Shown: piece after piece, positions 1 through 13,389 of the stretch
How positions within the stretch are numbered: position 1 is the stretch's first letter
Layout of the letters: each line of letters starts with the position of its first letter
Assembly (NCBI RefSeq): GCF_009914755.1
Contig: NC_060928.1
Direction: 5' to 3' (one strand)
Origin: the human T2T-CHM13v2.0 reference genome, Homo sapiens
DNA: 64,000 bases
Position numbers and translations under genes: made by a program
The notes under the pieces: generated by a model
Told to the model about the DNA's origin: nothing
Seen by the model: only the letters and a program-made list of their open reading frames with translations
Database searches by the model: none

Positions 1-999
1 AGAAGTCCACCCTCCTGAGTGAATGAGGCTTGCTGATGTTTTGTAAAGGATGCAGGGAGTCATGGGGAGAGCTCACATAGTGGAGCCCAGGCACCTCACA
101 CCATTAGAGCCTTTTTTCTTCTGGGGCTTCCTTGGAAGTGCCAATGACTTGTTGTCTCCTCCCTCTGCTCCTCAACCTCTCCCTCCTCTCAGGAGGAAAG
201 CAGCCCCACCTGCTCCTCTGATCCCAGCACCAGCTGACCCAAGCCCCTGCGTGCGTTGATCAAAGCACTTGCCTGACAAAACTGGGTCTCTCCCTGGGGG
301 AAGGATTCTCATACCAGCTGCTAAAAGGAAGAAAAATAATATTGTTGCGGGGGAAGATAAAATAAGCCTGGGAACATTGGCAGCTGGAGCATCTTATCCG
401 TATGGACCGAGGGTCTGCTCCAGCTGAGAGCCAGCAGAGGGGAGAGGCATCCTCACTTCTTCTGAACACCCTTGAGTGACTTCCCCTGGGGCTTTCAGTG
501 GCACTTTTGTAGGTAGTGAGCTCCCCTGCAGGAAAGAGATGTTACTTTGAACTGGCATCATCGTCAGCCCTGGATTTTGTCTATTCTGCTCATTTCCCTT
601 TCTTCTACTTCCAGTTTTTTAACCCTTGACATTCAACAAATACTTACTGAAGCCTTTCATGTGTTAGGAATAAAACTAGGCATTTACCAAGGAGAGAGAG
701 ATTTTCTGGATGGGTCGAGGGAACTCAAAGGGGCCTCATGCAGACTGTCCCCTTTCTCCTGGGAAAGTGCTTACGTCCCATCACCATGGTGACCACCAAC
801 ACAGTCATGTCCATCTTGAACCCTCACTTTGAGCACCTGACCCAGGCTAGGTCAATGGATCTTCTCTCTGGGATTTTTGGTCTTAAGAGACATTGGTTAG
901 TCCCCCTCCTGAAGTGGAGGCTGTATGATGTTACGCTCGAGTGCTTGGGGTGGGGGTGCGGAGGGCACGTCCCCTCTCCCCCAACCTCCAACGTGAGGA

Positions 1000-1241
1000 T
1001 AAAAGCAGTGTGCATTGAAGAGGAATAAACCAACAGCGAAAGGAACAAAGAAGATTTAGGGGAAAAGTCCTGATGAGATTCAGTCTCCAGGCTTTTCCAG
1101 TTTTCATCAAGCTGGGCTGCATGCCTGCTCTTCCCCCGTATCTGCTTTCTCAATTTTTATTTGCAGTAAAGCCAATAAATTTCCATTTTTGCCAAAACTG
1201 GTTTGAATTGAGATTCTGTCACTTGCAACCAAACTAATACA
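1000..1241 (+). mobile_element. Old ERVL/MaLR LTR 3' fragment (LTR16/MLT1-like)
   Basis: AATAAA followed by ...TCTGTCACTTGCAACCAAACTAATACA, a typical old LTR terminus; left boundary uncertain. Confidence 0.5.
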
Positions 1242-1830
1242 AAGCATTCGTTAAAATGAGATACACAAGGTACTTTGAGTAAATGGGTTTCTCTGAAAAT
1301 AAAGAAAAAGGCAAAAAGATGGATTATTCCAAATCATTACAACCTAGAGTATGTGAGAAGGCCTGTGAGTGCCTAGTAAAGTGTGTGATGCTTAACAGAG
1401 CCCCATCCATGTTAGTTTTCATCCTGTCCTCTCATCCCCTTATCTTCTCTTCCTGGAAATCTATTTCAAGTTAGATGCTGGAAAGCAAAAGGCATTTTAA
1501 AACAAGTTTTGTGTGTCCTTGTGTCCTTGTAGATTACTAATCTTCTAAGTGGTATGAAGTAGCCCGGGTGATCTAATGCTTCTCTGATGTCCTACTTTTT
1601 CGTGGGCTCAAGCTGCAAATGCACTTAACATATAGCCAAAATTATATTGGGAAAATCTGAGTCACGGAGGCATATAAATGGGGAGCTCTGTTACTGGAAA
1701 ATCATGGCTTTTAAGAGAATAGATTTTCTATAGAACACTTGGGCACACCAGAAGATACACAGGGTCTTAGTCTGATTGCTCACATAATCAGAAACTGCTC
1801 GGCTTAATGTGCATAAACTTCACAGGTCAC

Positions 1831-2587
1831 TGCTATGGTCTGAATGTTTGTGTCTCCCCAAAACTAATATGCTGAAACCCAAACCTCCAAATGGATGGTA
1901 TTAGGAGGTGGAGCCTTTGGGAGGTGATTAGGTCATGAGGGTCCCACCCTCCTGAGTGGGATTCCCAGAGAGACCCTTGTCCCTTATACTATCTGAGGGT
2001 GCAGCCAGAAGGTGCCATCTATGAAGCAGAAGATGGTCTCTCACCAAACACTGAATCTCCTGGTAACCTGATCTTGGATTTTCAAGCCTCCAGAACTGTA
2101 AGAAACAACATTTTGTTGTTTATAAGCTACCCAGTTTATGGCATTTTGTTATTGAAAGTTTCTTGTATTGGTTCGAACCCCAAGAGCGCGCCAACAGACA
2201 ACACGAGGCGGTGTGGAGCAACATGCTGTTTTAATGAGCGCCTGGGTGGAGGCGGGCTGAGGCCTAAAATGGTGTCAGCCCCAAGTGAGGACGGGGCAGG
2301 GGTTTCATAGTCTCCTGTAAACAGGAAGTGTCCTAGCCTGACATAACTGCTATGTGGTACCCAGATGGCCTGTTTCTCGATCTTCAAGGGTAGGTGTCTT
2401 CCAGCCAGGGTATATGTCTTCCAGCCGGCTCTCTTCCAGCTTCTGCTATCTTGCTGGTGCACGCTGCTGGTGCAAGTAGTTTTGCGCCTTGCGACTGGGC
2501 CTGAGAAGGGAGGAATTATTCATTCCCTTAAGCTTTCAGCCCCCAGGTAGAATCTTTCAGTTATAGCAGCCCAAATAGACCAAGGCA
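1831..2587 (+). mobile_element. MaLR LTR (MLT1A/MST-like), split by a nested ERV LTR
   Basis: Starts TGCTATGGTCTGAATGTTTGTGTC, ends ATAGCAGCCCAAATAGACCAAGGCA; 5-bp TSD GTCAC at 1826-1830 and 2588-2592. Confidence 0.9.
2153..2559 (-). mobile_element. ERV solo LTR (407 bp), family not confidently named
   Basis: TGAAAG...CTTTCA termini; perfect 5-bp TSD GTTAT (2148-2152, 2560-2564); ATTAAA on the minus strand near 2230; relatively CpG-rich. Confidence 0.88.
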
Positions 2588-4118
2588 GTCACTTGGTCTT
2601 TGTCCAAAATGATTCTGTGAGTCGTTTCTAGAATATCTTTTAAATGCTTTTTTAAAAGCATTTAAGGCCACATCTTTTAAAATGCTTTGTTTCTATATGG
2701 TTTGCCATTTGTTGATGCCTGCCTTCTATTAACACAGCACGTTTTGAATAAGTCATTACACTGACCAAGGTTTGGCTTTGAACTAGATCTCTATCTTGCA
2801 AATAGTCGCTAAGTTGCAGACTTCACAATGCAACTGTTTACATTCGGAAAATAAAAATGTATAACAGAAGGGTTAATTGAGAAAAGAATCAAGACTACGT
2901 TGGAATGATAGAAGCTATCATACATACATATATATGCAGTATATAAAATATGTACTGCTTTATATATATAAAGAGAGAGTGATGCAGAGAGGGAGAGAAG
3001 TGTAGGCTTCTTCTAGGCTCTTGCTGCCAATTCTGAGTGACAACTGTCATCAGAAATTCAGGCCCTTTGATGTCTGCATTGAAATCCCACAAACTGTCAT
3101 GGTTAAAGCTGTGCAGAAGTTCTAATTACTATGCATAGCTTGCACATAACATAAATAGTTGTAACCTTTCTGCCAAGTGCAAAGTCAGGAAATGTTAATC
3201 CATAGGGAAGCCATCCCTAGGCCACGGCTCCAACCTGATCGGTAATTCTTGTTCTTGTTCTCTGATTTAAAAAAAAAAAAAGTGATTCCTCTCTTTACAC
3301 TAGCTGAGTCTCTATTATGCTGTGTGTACATTAGTAAAATTGATCTCCATAAGAGTTCTTCAAACTGAATTACTTAACAACATCGTTTAGGGCTGGTGCA
3401 GAGGGTCAGCAGGACCAGGACTTAAGGAAGTTGCTAACGTGGAGACTTATTAAGGCTTCTATACTTTGCAAAACATGCCTGGCCATCGCTTAGTAGAAGC
3501 CTGCTGCACTTTACACCTGACAAGCCCTCTGAGCATAGGCTCTTGGCAAAAATTGCATGAAGACTACTCATTTGGAGGTTATGTGAATTGTATGTATTAG
3601 TTTCAATTCACTCCTTTGGTTTCTCAAGGTAATGACACAATTCAGGCTGATTTTTGAGTGGAAAGCTCTTACCTTCCAATTCTGAAGTTTTTTAATTTTA
3701 TTTTATAAAATTCATAATAGGGCAGGCAAAAAAAGAAAGAAAGAAGAAAAAGATGAAGCAAGTGAAGTCAGGTATTAACACAAACTTAAAAGCTGTTTTC
3801 ATTTAGTCTTGGAGAGTGAGGCATTTGCCTAAATTTAAGACAGCACTAAAAAAGACCAAGAATCAATATAAATAATATATTAACGCAATATTTAAAAAAT
3901 CAAAATGAATGCAAAAATAATCTATAAGAAACAAAATATAATATTTTAAATAAAGATAGGATCAACCCCTGCACTCAGACAAGTCACCCTCCTCTACCCT
4001 TCCCTGCCCTGTCCATGGTGCCTACTTATCAGTGACTGCCACCCCAGCACCTAAGAGTGTCGTAGGTGATAAAGCAGGTCAAAGCTATCTTCTACTCTTC
4101 CTCGGTGGTGTTCCCACC

Positions 4119-4477
4119 TGTATCAGTCCATTTCCATATTGCTATAAAGAGCTGCCCAAGACTGGGTAGTTTATAAAGAAAGAGGCTAAATTGACTCACA
4201 GTTCAGCATGGCTGGGGAGGCCTCAAGAGACTTACAATCATGGCAGAAGGTGAAGGGGAAGCAAGGCACCTTCTTTACAAGCTGGCAGGGCAGGAAGGGA
4301 AGAACGCCTTATAAAACCAGCAGATCTCATGAGAACTCACTCATTATCACGAGACCAGCATGGGGGAAACCACTCCCATGATTCAACTACCTTCACCTCA
4401 TCTCTTGATACGTGGGGATTATGGGGATTACAATTCAAGATGAGGTTTTGGTGGGGACACAAAGCCTAATCATATCA
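4119..4477 (-). mobile_element. THE1C/D (or MSTA)-type MaLR solo LTR
   Basis: TGTATCAGTCCATTT...GGGGACACAAAGCCTAATCATATCA; TSD CCACC at 4114-4118 and 4478-4482. Confidence 0.92.
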
Positions 4478-4574
4478 CCACCTTTTGCTGTAATCATAAT
4501 GTCTTTGTTCGTGGTTATATATTGTGGACTCATATTCCACTCCAGACACTACTGAGTTCTCTACACCACAAATT

Positions 4575-4712
4575 CATTTAATTCTAACAGGTGAGGTAGG
4601 CAATAGTGTCCATAGGTGCAGAATCTGAGGCTCAGAGAGGTTCAGTCACATGACCCTGGGCAAGTGAAGAGCTGGGGTTCCAATTCAGGACTGTCTGATT
4701 TCAAGACTGTGC
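4575..4712 (-). mobile_element. MIR SINE fragment
   Basis: Core-like AATCTGAGGCTCAGAGAGGTTCAGTCAC...GTCTGATTTCAAGACTGTGC. Confidence 0.7.
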
Positions 4713-6939
4713 CCTTCATCAGGGCACCATATTCCAATTCCAGAGTGAGCCAAGGTTCAATCACAGACAGAGGGAATCAGGAACACTGCAAAGAGCATCA
4801 AGGAATCTAAGCAGAATTCCCCATGATGCCCTTTTATTGACACACGATTGGTCTACACTTTGCTTGGACCTTTGCAGCAATGGGGAATTTCTTATTTTCT
4901 AGGACAGTTTCTCCATTTTGGGGCCGTTCATGCTTTTATGGAACCAAATCTGTCACTTCATCATGTCTACATATTGTTCCCATATTTCCCTTTTGGAATA
5001 ACTCTTCCTTTGCTGGTAATATCTTTTCTTGCCATCATCTGTTGTTGAAATACCTAATTATTTCTTGAAACCCATATCAAATAACCCCATCTTTATATAT
5101 CATTGTCGTATTCTCTAGATCAATTGTTATTCCTCCATCTGTGATCTGTTGGCATTTTATACTTGTTTATGTTCTTATTTTTACTACATTTTTTGGATGT
5201 AGTTATTTGTTGGCACATTTACCTCTCTGTGCAACTGTGGATTCCTCAAGGGTAGGAACTATGTCTTGTTTATGTTTGGGCCTCAAACACCAGCCCATTG
5301 TCCGGCTCACACTGAAAATGCTTTTGTGGAAGTCAGGAGAACTAGACAGATCAACTGGGAATTCTCCTTGCAAGAGTACCCTTCATATGCTGGGAATAGC
5401 CTGTGGCTCCTCTCCTGTTACAGAGGAAGGAAGATAGACTTTGGAGTCAACTAGACCCAGGTTTGAATCTAAGTCCTGCCTGTCCTACTTTCTAGATGAG
5501 TGACCATGGACACATTATGTTAATCTTTATTTTATTCCCTTCTCTTTTCTGCTTCCTTTTCTCCCCCACCACCCCGATTTTCTCATTTTCTCTCTTTCCA
5601 CTTTTGCTTCTTAACTATTCACACGCAGCCTCTAGCGGGGCCATCACAGGGCCCAGCGTTTGCCCAGGGCCTGCGTACAGCTCTCCCAGTCCAACTCCAG
5701 GCTATTTCTAAAGCCTGAGGGTGACTCTGCAAAGAGAAAATTTTTTGATTATCAGGCACTGCTGCTTAATCTATCAGGGGCACCAATTGGCCCTGCAAAA
5801 TCCCTCCCAGAGCACAGCATCGATCTTTGATTTTAATGATGTAAAGGGAAGAAAACAGATATCCTTCAATGGTGGGGGCCCCATTAGGGAGGTATCTTCA
5901 CAGTGATGGGGGATCCCAGGAGCAAATGGTAACCCCTGAGGGCCTGGAGCTCTGGGGGTCAGGCTTGCTTGGCACTGCCATTCACTGAAGTGCAAGTCCT
6001 GAAAGCAGGAATATTTTCATGCACCAGCTCTTCCTAAGGTAGAAGATGTCCATCCCCACAGGGCGTATGCCTCCTTAGACAAGAGGAAGATGGAATTTAA
6101 ACTTTTCCCTCTCTTCTCCCCTCCACATAGTTTCTATTATATGAAACAAAGGGACTTTAAACACTACTACATTTAAAGATTTTAATAGGTAATTCTTGAT
6201 TATGCCTATGATGTAGAGACTGTGACAAAACACAGAATTAGATGCCTAAGAATCAAATGACATGAAATACTTCAACGAAATCATGGAATATGTGTACCCA
6301 CGTCTGCAGGCTTTAACTCTGTGCTGAAAAAGCAGATGCCTAGATCTGTGGGGGAACACACAGGGCAGCCCAAATCCTCCTGAGGATTCCAAGCTTGAGT
6401 CCTGTCATTTCCAAGGTAAGCATTTTAAAAATTCTGCATTTTCAAAACTCGTGGCCCAGGTGATGAGGGCATGAAATTCAAATCTCTTATTCTACTGTCT
6501 CCTGCTGCTTTTGAGCTCAGTGAGAATTTCAGAGCAGCGATCTGTTTTTATGCCTCCAGTTTATTCTGCACCACAACCCAAGGCAATGCCAACATGTAAA
6601 GGATGATTCTACAGATTGCAGCACTGTGCTGCTCCCATGTCTGACAAGCAAAGGGCAGTGCAAAGCTGTAGGGGGTTGGGGGTGGGGCTCCAGGAAGAAA
6701 GAGAAGGCTGGACTCCAAAGGGACAAGAAAGAGGTGATGAAAAATGAGGCTCTTTTTTGTCACTCTGTACGCATGGTGGAAATATGTTGCTTTTGTTGTT
6801 CGTCCAGCCTCATTTTGTTGAATCACTTCTTCTCTATTGTATGTGTTCTGACGGTGCTGATAAAACCATGCACAGGTTACTTCCTTTTGTCCTTCAGGGC
6901 CACATTCTACTTTTTCTTTTTTTTTTTTTTTCCACATTC

Positions 6940-7322
6940 TTTGCCTGAGAGGCTGAGCTATAGGAATCTCATCACCTGGGCTCCCTTCTCCCTGGCTTCT
7001 GGTTGGATTCATCCAATGAGAGGCACCGACAGGAGACCAGTGCTGGGAGGATGAGGTTATTTCTCAGGCTCTTTCTCTCTGGGTTGCTCACAGCTCATGC
7101 AGGTGCCTGCAACTGCCTCTGGGTTCTAGGAACTGTCTCCCTTATACCTTTCACCAGGAGAAGTAACAGCTTCTGGCTGTTCTTAACCTTGGGGTTCTTC
7201 CTCATCCCTTGTAAATTTCCTCCATTCTGCACACCTGTTTGTAAAGAGTCTCTTTACTAAGCTCACCTCAAACATCCCATGAGTGTGATGTCTGTTTCTT
7301 ATTATCAACTTGATTGATAATA
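6940..7322 (+). mobile_element. ERVL LTR (LTR33-like)
   Basis: GGGCTCCCTTCTCCCTGGCTTCTGGTTGGATTCATCCAATGAGAGGCACCGACAGGAGA resembles LTR33. Confidence 0.6.
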
Positions 7323-7404
7323 CTGTATACCCCATTCCCCCCTCAGTATTCCCCCAAAGTCAAAACCAAACACTGTGGATGGTCCCATGCCCCACGTGGG
7401 TCCC

Positions 7405-8345
<941 letters not shown>

Positions 8346-8439
8346 GGCTGCATGATCTCTTGTCCCCTCCGTATATATATCATTGGCCATCGTCTTTCCC
8401 ATTGGGGTACCCTGACTTGGGAGGTGGCATCCCATGTAC

Positions 8440-9725
8440 TGTGTGATCAGGTAGAAATCTGGACACCTTCCTTGAACTGCCCGACCTCACTTATACTCTC
8501 CATTCAGCAGCTGCACCCATCCTTTCTGTTTCTTTTGCAATTCCCCTGTCAGCTTTCACCCACTCTGTCCCTACTTAGATTGGGAACCTTGTCATTTCTT
8601 ATCCCGATTCCTTTACCAGCTTCTCTGCCTCCATCCTCTTGTACCTCTGGTCCATTTTCCACTCCACTGCAAGGGCGATTTTATCAAAACCCACTCCCCA
8701 GCTTCCTGTCCCTGAATGACTTCTCATTGCATCCCAGGCTGGCCAGTGTTTAGCCCCCACCCACCTTCCTATTCTCCTTGCCTCAAAATACTCTTAACAG
8801 ATGCCCCATAATCTTGCTTCTTGGACCTCTTAACATGTCAGAGTCTGCTCCTTCTCACCTCTGGGACTCTTCTGCTGCTGTCCCCTTGGCCTGGGGTGCT
8901 GATTCTCTGTGGCTCCTAGTTATGCCTGGTGTCAGTAATTGCCTCCTTGGTAAAGCCAGTTATCATGCCCCACCCATGAGGCTGTTGCCCGGTGCTCCCT
9001 TCTCTGAGCAGTTCTATTTCTGATCTTGCCACACTGTTTGGTAACTTGTTGTTTACTTCTTTTTTTTTTTTTATTATACTTTAAGTTTTAGGGTACATGT
9101 GCACAACGTGCAGGTTTGTTACATATGTATACATGTGCCATGTTGGTGTGCTGCACCCATTAACTCGTCATTTAACATTAGGTATATCTCCTAATGCTAT
9201 CCCTCCCTCCTCTCCCCACCCCACAACTGAGTATATACCCAAAGGATTATAAATCATGCTGCTATAAAGACACATGCACACGTATGTTTATTGCAGCACT
9301 ATTCACAATAGCAAAGACTTGGAACCAACCCAAATGACCAACAATGATAGACTGGATTAAGAAAATGTGGCACATATACACCATGGAATACTATGCAGCC
9401 ATAAAAAATGAGTTCATGTCCTTTGTAGGGACAGGGATGAAGCTGTTTACTTCTTTATCTTCTCCACTAGACTGTGTTCTCCTGCTAAAGAGCATGGGTA
9501 TGGGAGCCTCAGAGCAGGTCCTGAGGTTCTGGAAGTCTCTTTCTACCTCTTTGGTCGGTGGACTGGGGGTAAGTCCCAGGATCCTGAAGGAGAAGCCCTC
9601 GGGCAGGGGTGGCCTGGAGGCTTGGAGCAACAGCAATTCACTAGCTGTTATCTGTTCTCTTCCTGTTAGAATATTGAATGGCCTGCACTTAGCAGCTGCT
9701 CAGGAAATCTTTGCTGAATGAATGC
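8440..9725 (+). mobile_element. Degenerate L2 fragments hosting an L1PA insertion
   Basis: Pyrimidine-rich L2-like sequence, CTCCACTAGACTGTG motif, and TTTGCTGAATGAATG 3' end near 9710-9724. Confidence 0.55.
9063..9445 (-). mobile_element. 5'-truncated, 5'-inverted L1PA (primate L1) insertion
   Basis: Poly-T plus L1 3' end on the minus strand (to 9227) joined to a plus-strand ORF2 C-terminal segment (IDWIKKMWHIYTMEYYAAIK); TSD TGTTTACTTCTTT (9050-9062, 9444-9456). Confidence 0.95.
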
Positions 9726-9919
9726 ATGATGTTCTGTCTCCTCCATGAAGCCTTGCCTGACTTTACCTCTGGCTTACACATATGACCCCTTTTGGAAAAG
9801 CATTGAATTTTTGGACAAAACTACATAAATTAGTGTTGAATGATTTTCCACCCCAGTTCAAAGGCAAGGCTTCCTTATAGTAATGCCTTATAGTAAGTAC
9901 CTTATAATAATAAGGTGCT

Positions 9920-10050
9920 ATACTTATTCCCATTTTACAGATGACAAAACAGAGGCACACAGAGAGAAATAAGTCACCCACTCCTCTCAGCTAAGTCCTG
10001 GAGTTGGGATTGGAGCCCAGGCAGGCTGGCCCCAGAGTCCACTCATGTAT
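9920..10050 (-). mobile_element. MIR SINE fragment
   Basis: TTATTCCCATTTTACAGATGACAAAACAGAGGCAC core motif. Confidence 0.8.
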
Positions 10051-10319
10051 TGACTGTGACTGAAGGGCACAGGAGAGCATCCCATCATAGGCTGCACAGC
10101 TCCTGGGCAGCCCCCACAGCCCAGCCCTCACAGCCACATGGCTGTTGCCTCTTCCTATTGCAGAGAATGATTTGGGGGTTGAAGAGATTAAAAACGCAAA
10201 GTGGCATTTGAGTTTGTCCATCACATCATGTTTACTTTAGTTATTCTTTGGAGATTTTTTAAAGTCAGTGCAGGTGACTAGGAACATCACTGATACATCA
10301 GAGAGGATACTTTAGCCAA

Positions 10320-10465
10320 GCTACTTACATCCCTGTGCCTCAGTTTCCCTATCTACCCAATGGGGATAATAATAGTACATGCTTTGTAAAGTTGCAAGAA
10401 TTAAATGAGTTCATACATGCTAAATGTTTACGACAGTGCTGTATGCATTGTAAGTACCCAACAAC
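10320..10465 (+). mobile_element. MIR SINE fragment
   Basis: CTGTGCCTCAGTTTCCCTATCTACCCAATGGGGATAATAATAGTAC core motif. Confidence 0.85.
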
Positions 10466-11693
10466 TGACTCTTTTTCTCCTCCTCCTTCTCCTCCTCCTC
10501 CTCCTATAAGGTTTGGGGCTCAGTTTAAACATCACGTCCTCAGGGAGGCTTCCTTAACCTTAGGTCAGGTCAGCGCTCCTCAATAAGCATTTCTCTAGAG
10601 CTGTCCATTCCATTCCATGACTTTCTCTGTGATTGTACGTGTATGTGCGTATTTGTATGCACAGGGGCATAAATATGCACATACACACATTTACACATGC
10701 AAATATATATATATGCATTCTTCTAGGCCTGTCTATACTGTTCATGACAGAACCATAATGTCCATCTCAGAGCTTGGCTCCTAGCAGATCCTTAGTAGGT
10801 ATTTCTAGAATGGATACTGGGTGAGACGTTTAACTACCACCATCTAAGACTGGCCCTGAAATCACCAATTCTGGTTTTCTTTTCACTACAGCACACCACA
10901 GGTCTACCCACAGCCCCCTCCAGCCTCTCCCAGAGGGATTTGGAGAAACTGTGTCAGCTATGAGCTAGACTCGGGGCTCTCCTCAATCCTGTTAGGTCTG
11001 TCATCTTCCACACTATGAATCTTTTTGATCTAGTTAGCCTCATCCCTTGAGTTATTCTTTCTAGTTTCATCTTCTGCTTCTTTACGTTTTACTTTTGCTT
11101 TACAACTCACGTTTTGGGGTACATCTTTTGAGCGGCTTCTTGGGTTAATTATTATCAGAGGGGCTGAACATAAGACACTTTTCTACATGCTTTGGAATAT
11201 GAAAGTAGATCTTTTCCTTTGGCTTTTATCAATTGAACTTACTCACTTGGACGGCCCCTCTCTCCTACTTCAATTTTTTTCAAGCTCTAATTGACCATGA
11301 AACATGCATTTAACAAGAGCTGCAATTGAAAGCCCAGAACCCCAAGCAGCAACGTGCAAGGCTGTGGTCACTACTTGAAAGCAACACAAGAGCAAACTGA
11401 TTGAACAGCTTAATGCTTTGCCAGTTTTTATTTCCTTAACTGCCTCCCCCACCAAAAAAAAAAAAAAAAAAAAAGAAAGAATCTGTGATTCACAGCAATT
11501 CTATGTCCACAAGTTTAATTTTTATAAAGTTTACATTTTTGCTATATTGCTTAAAAAACTTCCAGAAATCTTTCAACCTTCCTTATCTATATGATATCAG
11601 TGTTAAATTTTTTTCCTTCTTTATGGTGATTGACATGCTCTGGTCTGTCTTAGCTTTCTGCAGGTAGGTTTATGTCAATGAGAAGAAGGAAGG

Positions 11694-12051
11694 TGTATTA
11701 GTCCATTTTCACGCTGCTGATAAAGACATACCCAATACTGGATGATTTATAAAGAAAAAGAGGTTTAAACAGTTCCATGTGGCTGGGGAGGCCTCACAAT
11801 CATGGCGCAAGGTGAAAGGCATGTGTTACATGGTGGCAGGCAAGAGAGAAATGAGAGAACCAAGAAAATGAGGTTTCTCCTTAGAAAACCATCAGATCTC
11901 GTGAGACTTATTCACTACCAAGAGAACAATATGGGGGAAACCGCCCCTATGATTCAATTATCTCCCACTGGGTCCCTCCCACATCATGGGGGAATTATGG
12001 GAGCTACAAATCAAGATGAGATTTGCATGGAGACACAGCCAAACCATATCA
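11694..12051 (-). mobile_element. THE1B-type MaLR solo LTR
   Basis: TGTATTAGTCCATTTTCACGCTGCTGATAAAGACATACC...CACAGCCAAACCATATCA; TSD GAAGG (11689-11693, 12052-12056). Confidence 0.95.
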
Positions 12052-12093
12052 GAAGGATAAAAGGGAATTTCTTTTGCTCATGAAGACACTTTT

Positions 12094-12120
12094 TTTAGGT
12101 GTGAGCCAGTGTGCCCAGCC
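12094..12120 (-). mobile_element. Collapsed Alu remnant (first 24 nt plus short A tail)
   Basis: Reverse complement GGCTGGGCACACTGGCTCACACCT followed by A7; flanked by TGAAGACACTTTT / TAAGGACACTTTT. Confidence 0.75.
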
Positions 12121-13389
12121 TAAGGACACTTTTACATGGATCTCCTGAGAAAAAAGATTCGAAGGCCTCAACGGAGAATCCCAGAACAAAGTTATTGAAC
12201 AAATATGGAGGGAGATAGCAGGTGTGGCCTCCAGCCTCATTGGGTTGACTTCCTGGCAGCCAGCAAGATAGAGTCAGGGCTGTTGCAGGCTGAGCTGGAG
12301 GTTTGTATGCATGTGGGGTAGGTTGGGGACAGCACCAGATCGAATGGGCTCCTTCCTGGGGCTCAATCCTTCCCAGATTTACTCTTTCCACCCCAAACTG
12401 ATGATATCAGAATTTGAGATGAGAAGAAAAATGAAACTTTTGAGAAAGAAAACACAGGCTTCCTAGGACACTCAGGTTTGATTCTGAGCCCCAAGATCTT
12501 CATGCTTTAGGCTCTTTTCTCTGCTATCCATTCAATCTCTATGAAGCTCTTTCTGAAGCACTGCCCTTGTGCTCTGTTTATTCAAAACACAGTCTCAGTG
12601 CAGCTTAAATGAGAACCGAGGGTGATGGAACAGACCAGGACATTTTCTTCACAAAGTTCCAAACAAACTTGAAAGAGGAGAGGAAAAATCCACTCCAGCT
12701 TTTATATTTCCTCTAGATCCAGCCTCCTTTTCTTCCTCATTTTCCCCCCATGTCCACATTTAAGAGCAAAGAAGAACATTCTTGTGACTTTTAAGTATTT
12801 GAGCTGCCGGTACAGGTTAAGTTTTGGCAAAGCGTGGGCATGCTTGGGTTTGCAGTCAATCTAGAGCAATTTTCAGAAGGCCAGGCCCTTTATGCATTTT
12901 TACTTTCTTTCAAATGAAAATAGCTTTATTGTTTTCACTGATTATAGAGGTAAGCAATCTGTCTGGCTTTACTGGCTTAGAATTCAATCTGAGGTCAAAT
13001 CCCTTCTTATATTTAGATCACATGGCTTGAGCACCAGCTTGCTCTGCAGGAATGTATTGACCTTTCTGGGTTATTTTATTTTTTTCTGTGTCAAGTCCAA
13101 GAACTCCAAGGACCTTACTCAGTCCTAGCACTCAGTTTCAGTTACCACAGTCGGAACCGAGTGCACAAGAAGAAACTGGCAGCTGCATAGGAAGACCTGA
13201 ACTGCATAGGAAGAAACTTGACAGCTTCTCTAGTTTGTGTATTGCAGCCACACAGATTGAGGATCTGAAGAGGATGCTGGCCCCAGTCATGTGCTGCAGT
13301 GCTCACAGCTGCAGTGATGGCAGCCGGGCAGGGCTCCTAAGGATGTCTCTTGTCCTGGGACATTCTTCAGCGATGTCTTTTCTGCATAG

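Noticed and set aside
7-21. CCACCCTCCTGAGTG also found near 1944-1958
   Set aside because: A single 15-nt match with no extension; compatible with chance or MaLR ancestry.
428-447. CTCF-like CCAGCAGAGGGGAG
   Set aside because: Mismatch at the conserved GGC core; cannot be supported without ChIP data.
6548-7054. Overlapping 154-aa and 142-aa ORFs
   Set aside because: Low-complexity T tract and LTR-derived sequence; no recognisable domain.
9873-9910. Three CCTTATAGTAA-like units (similar short tandems at ~27485, 35586, 57688)
   Set aside because: Ordinary slippage duplications; no spacers, not CRISPR-like.
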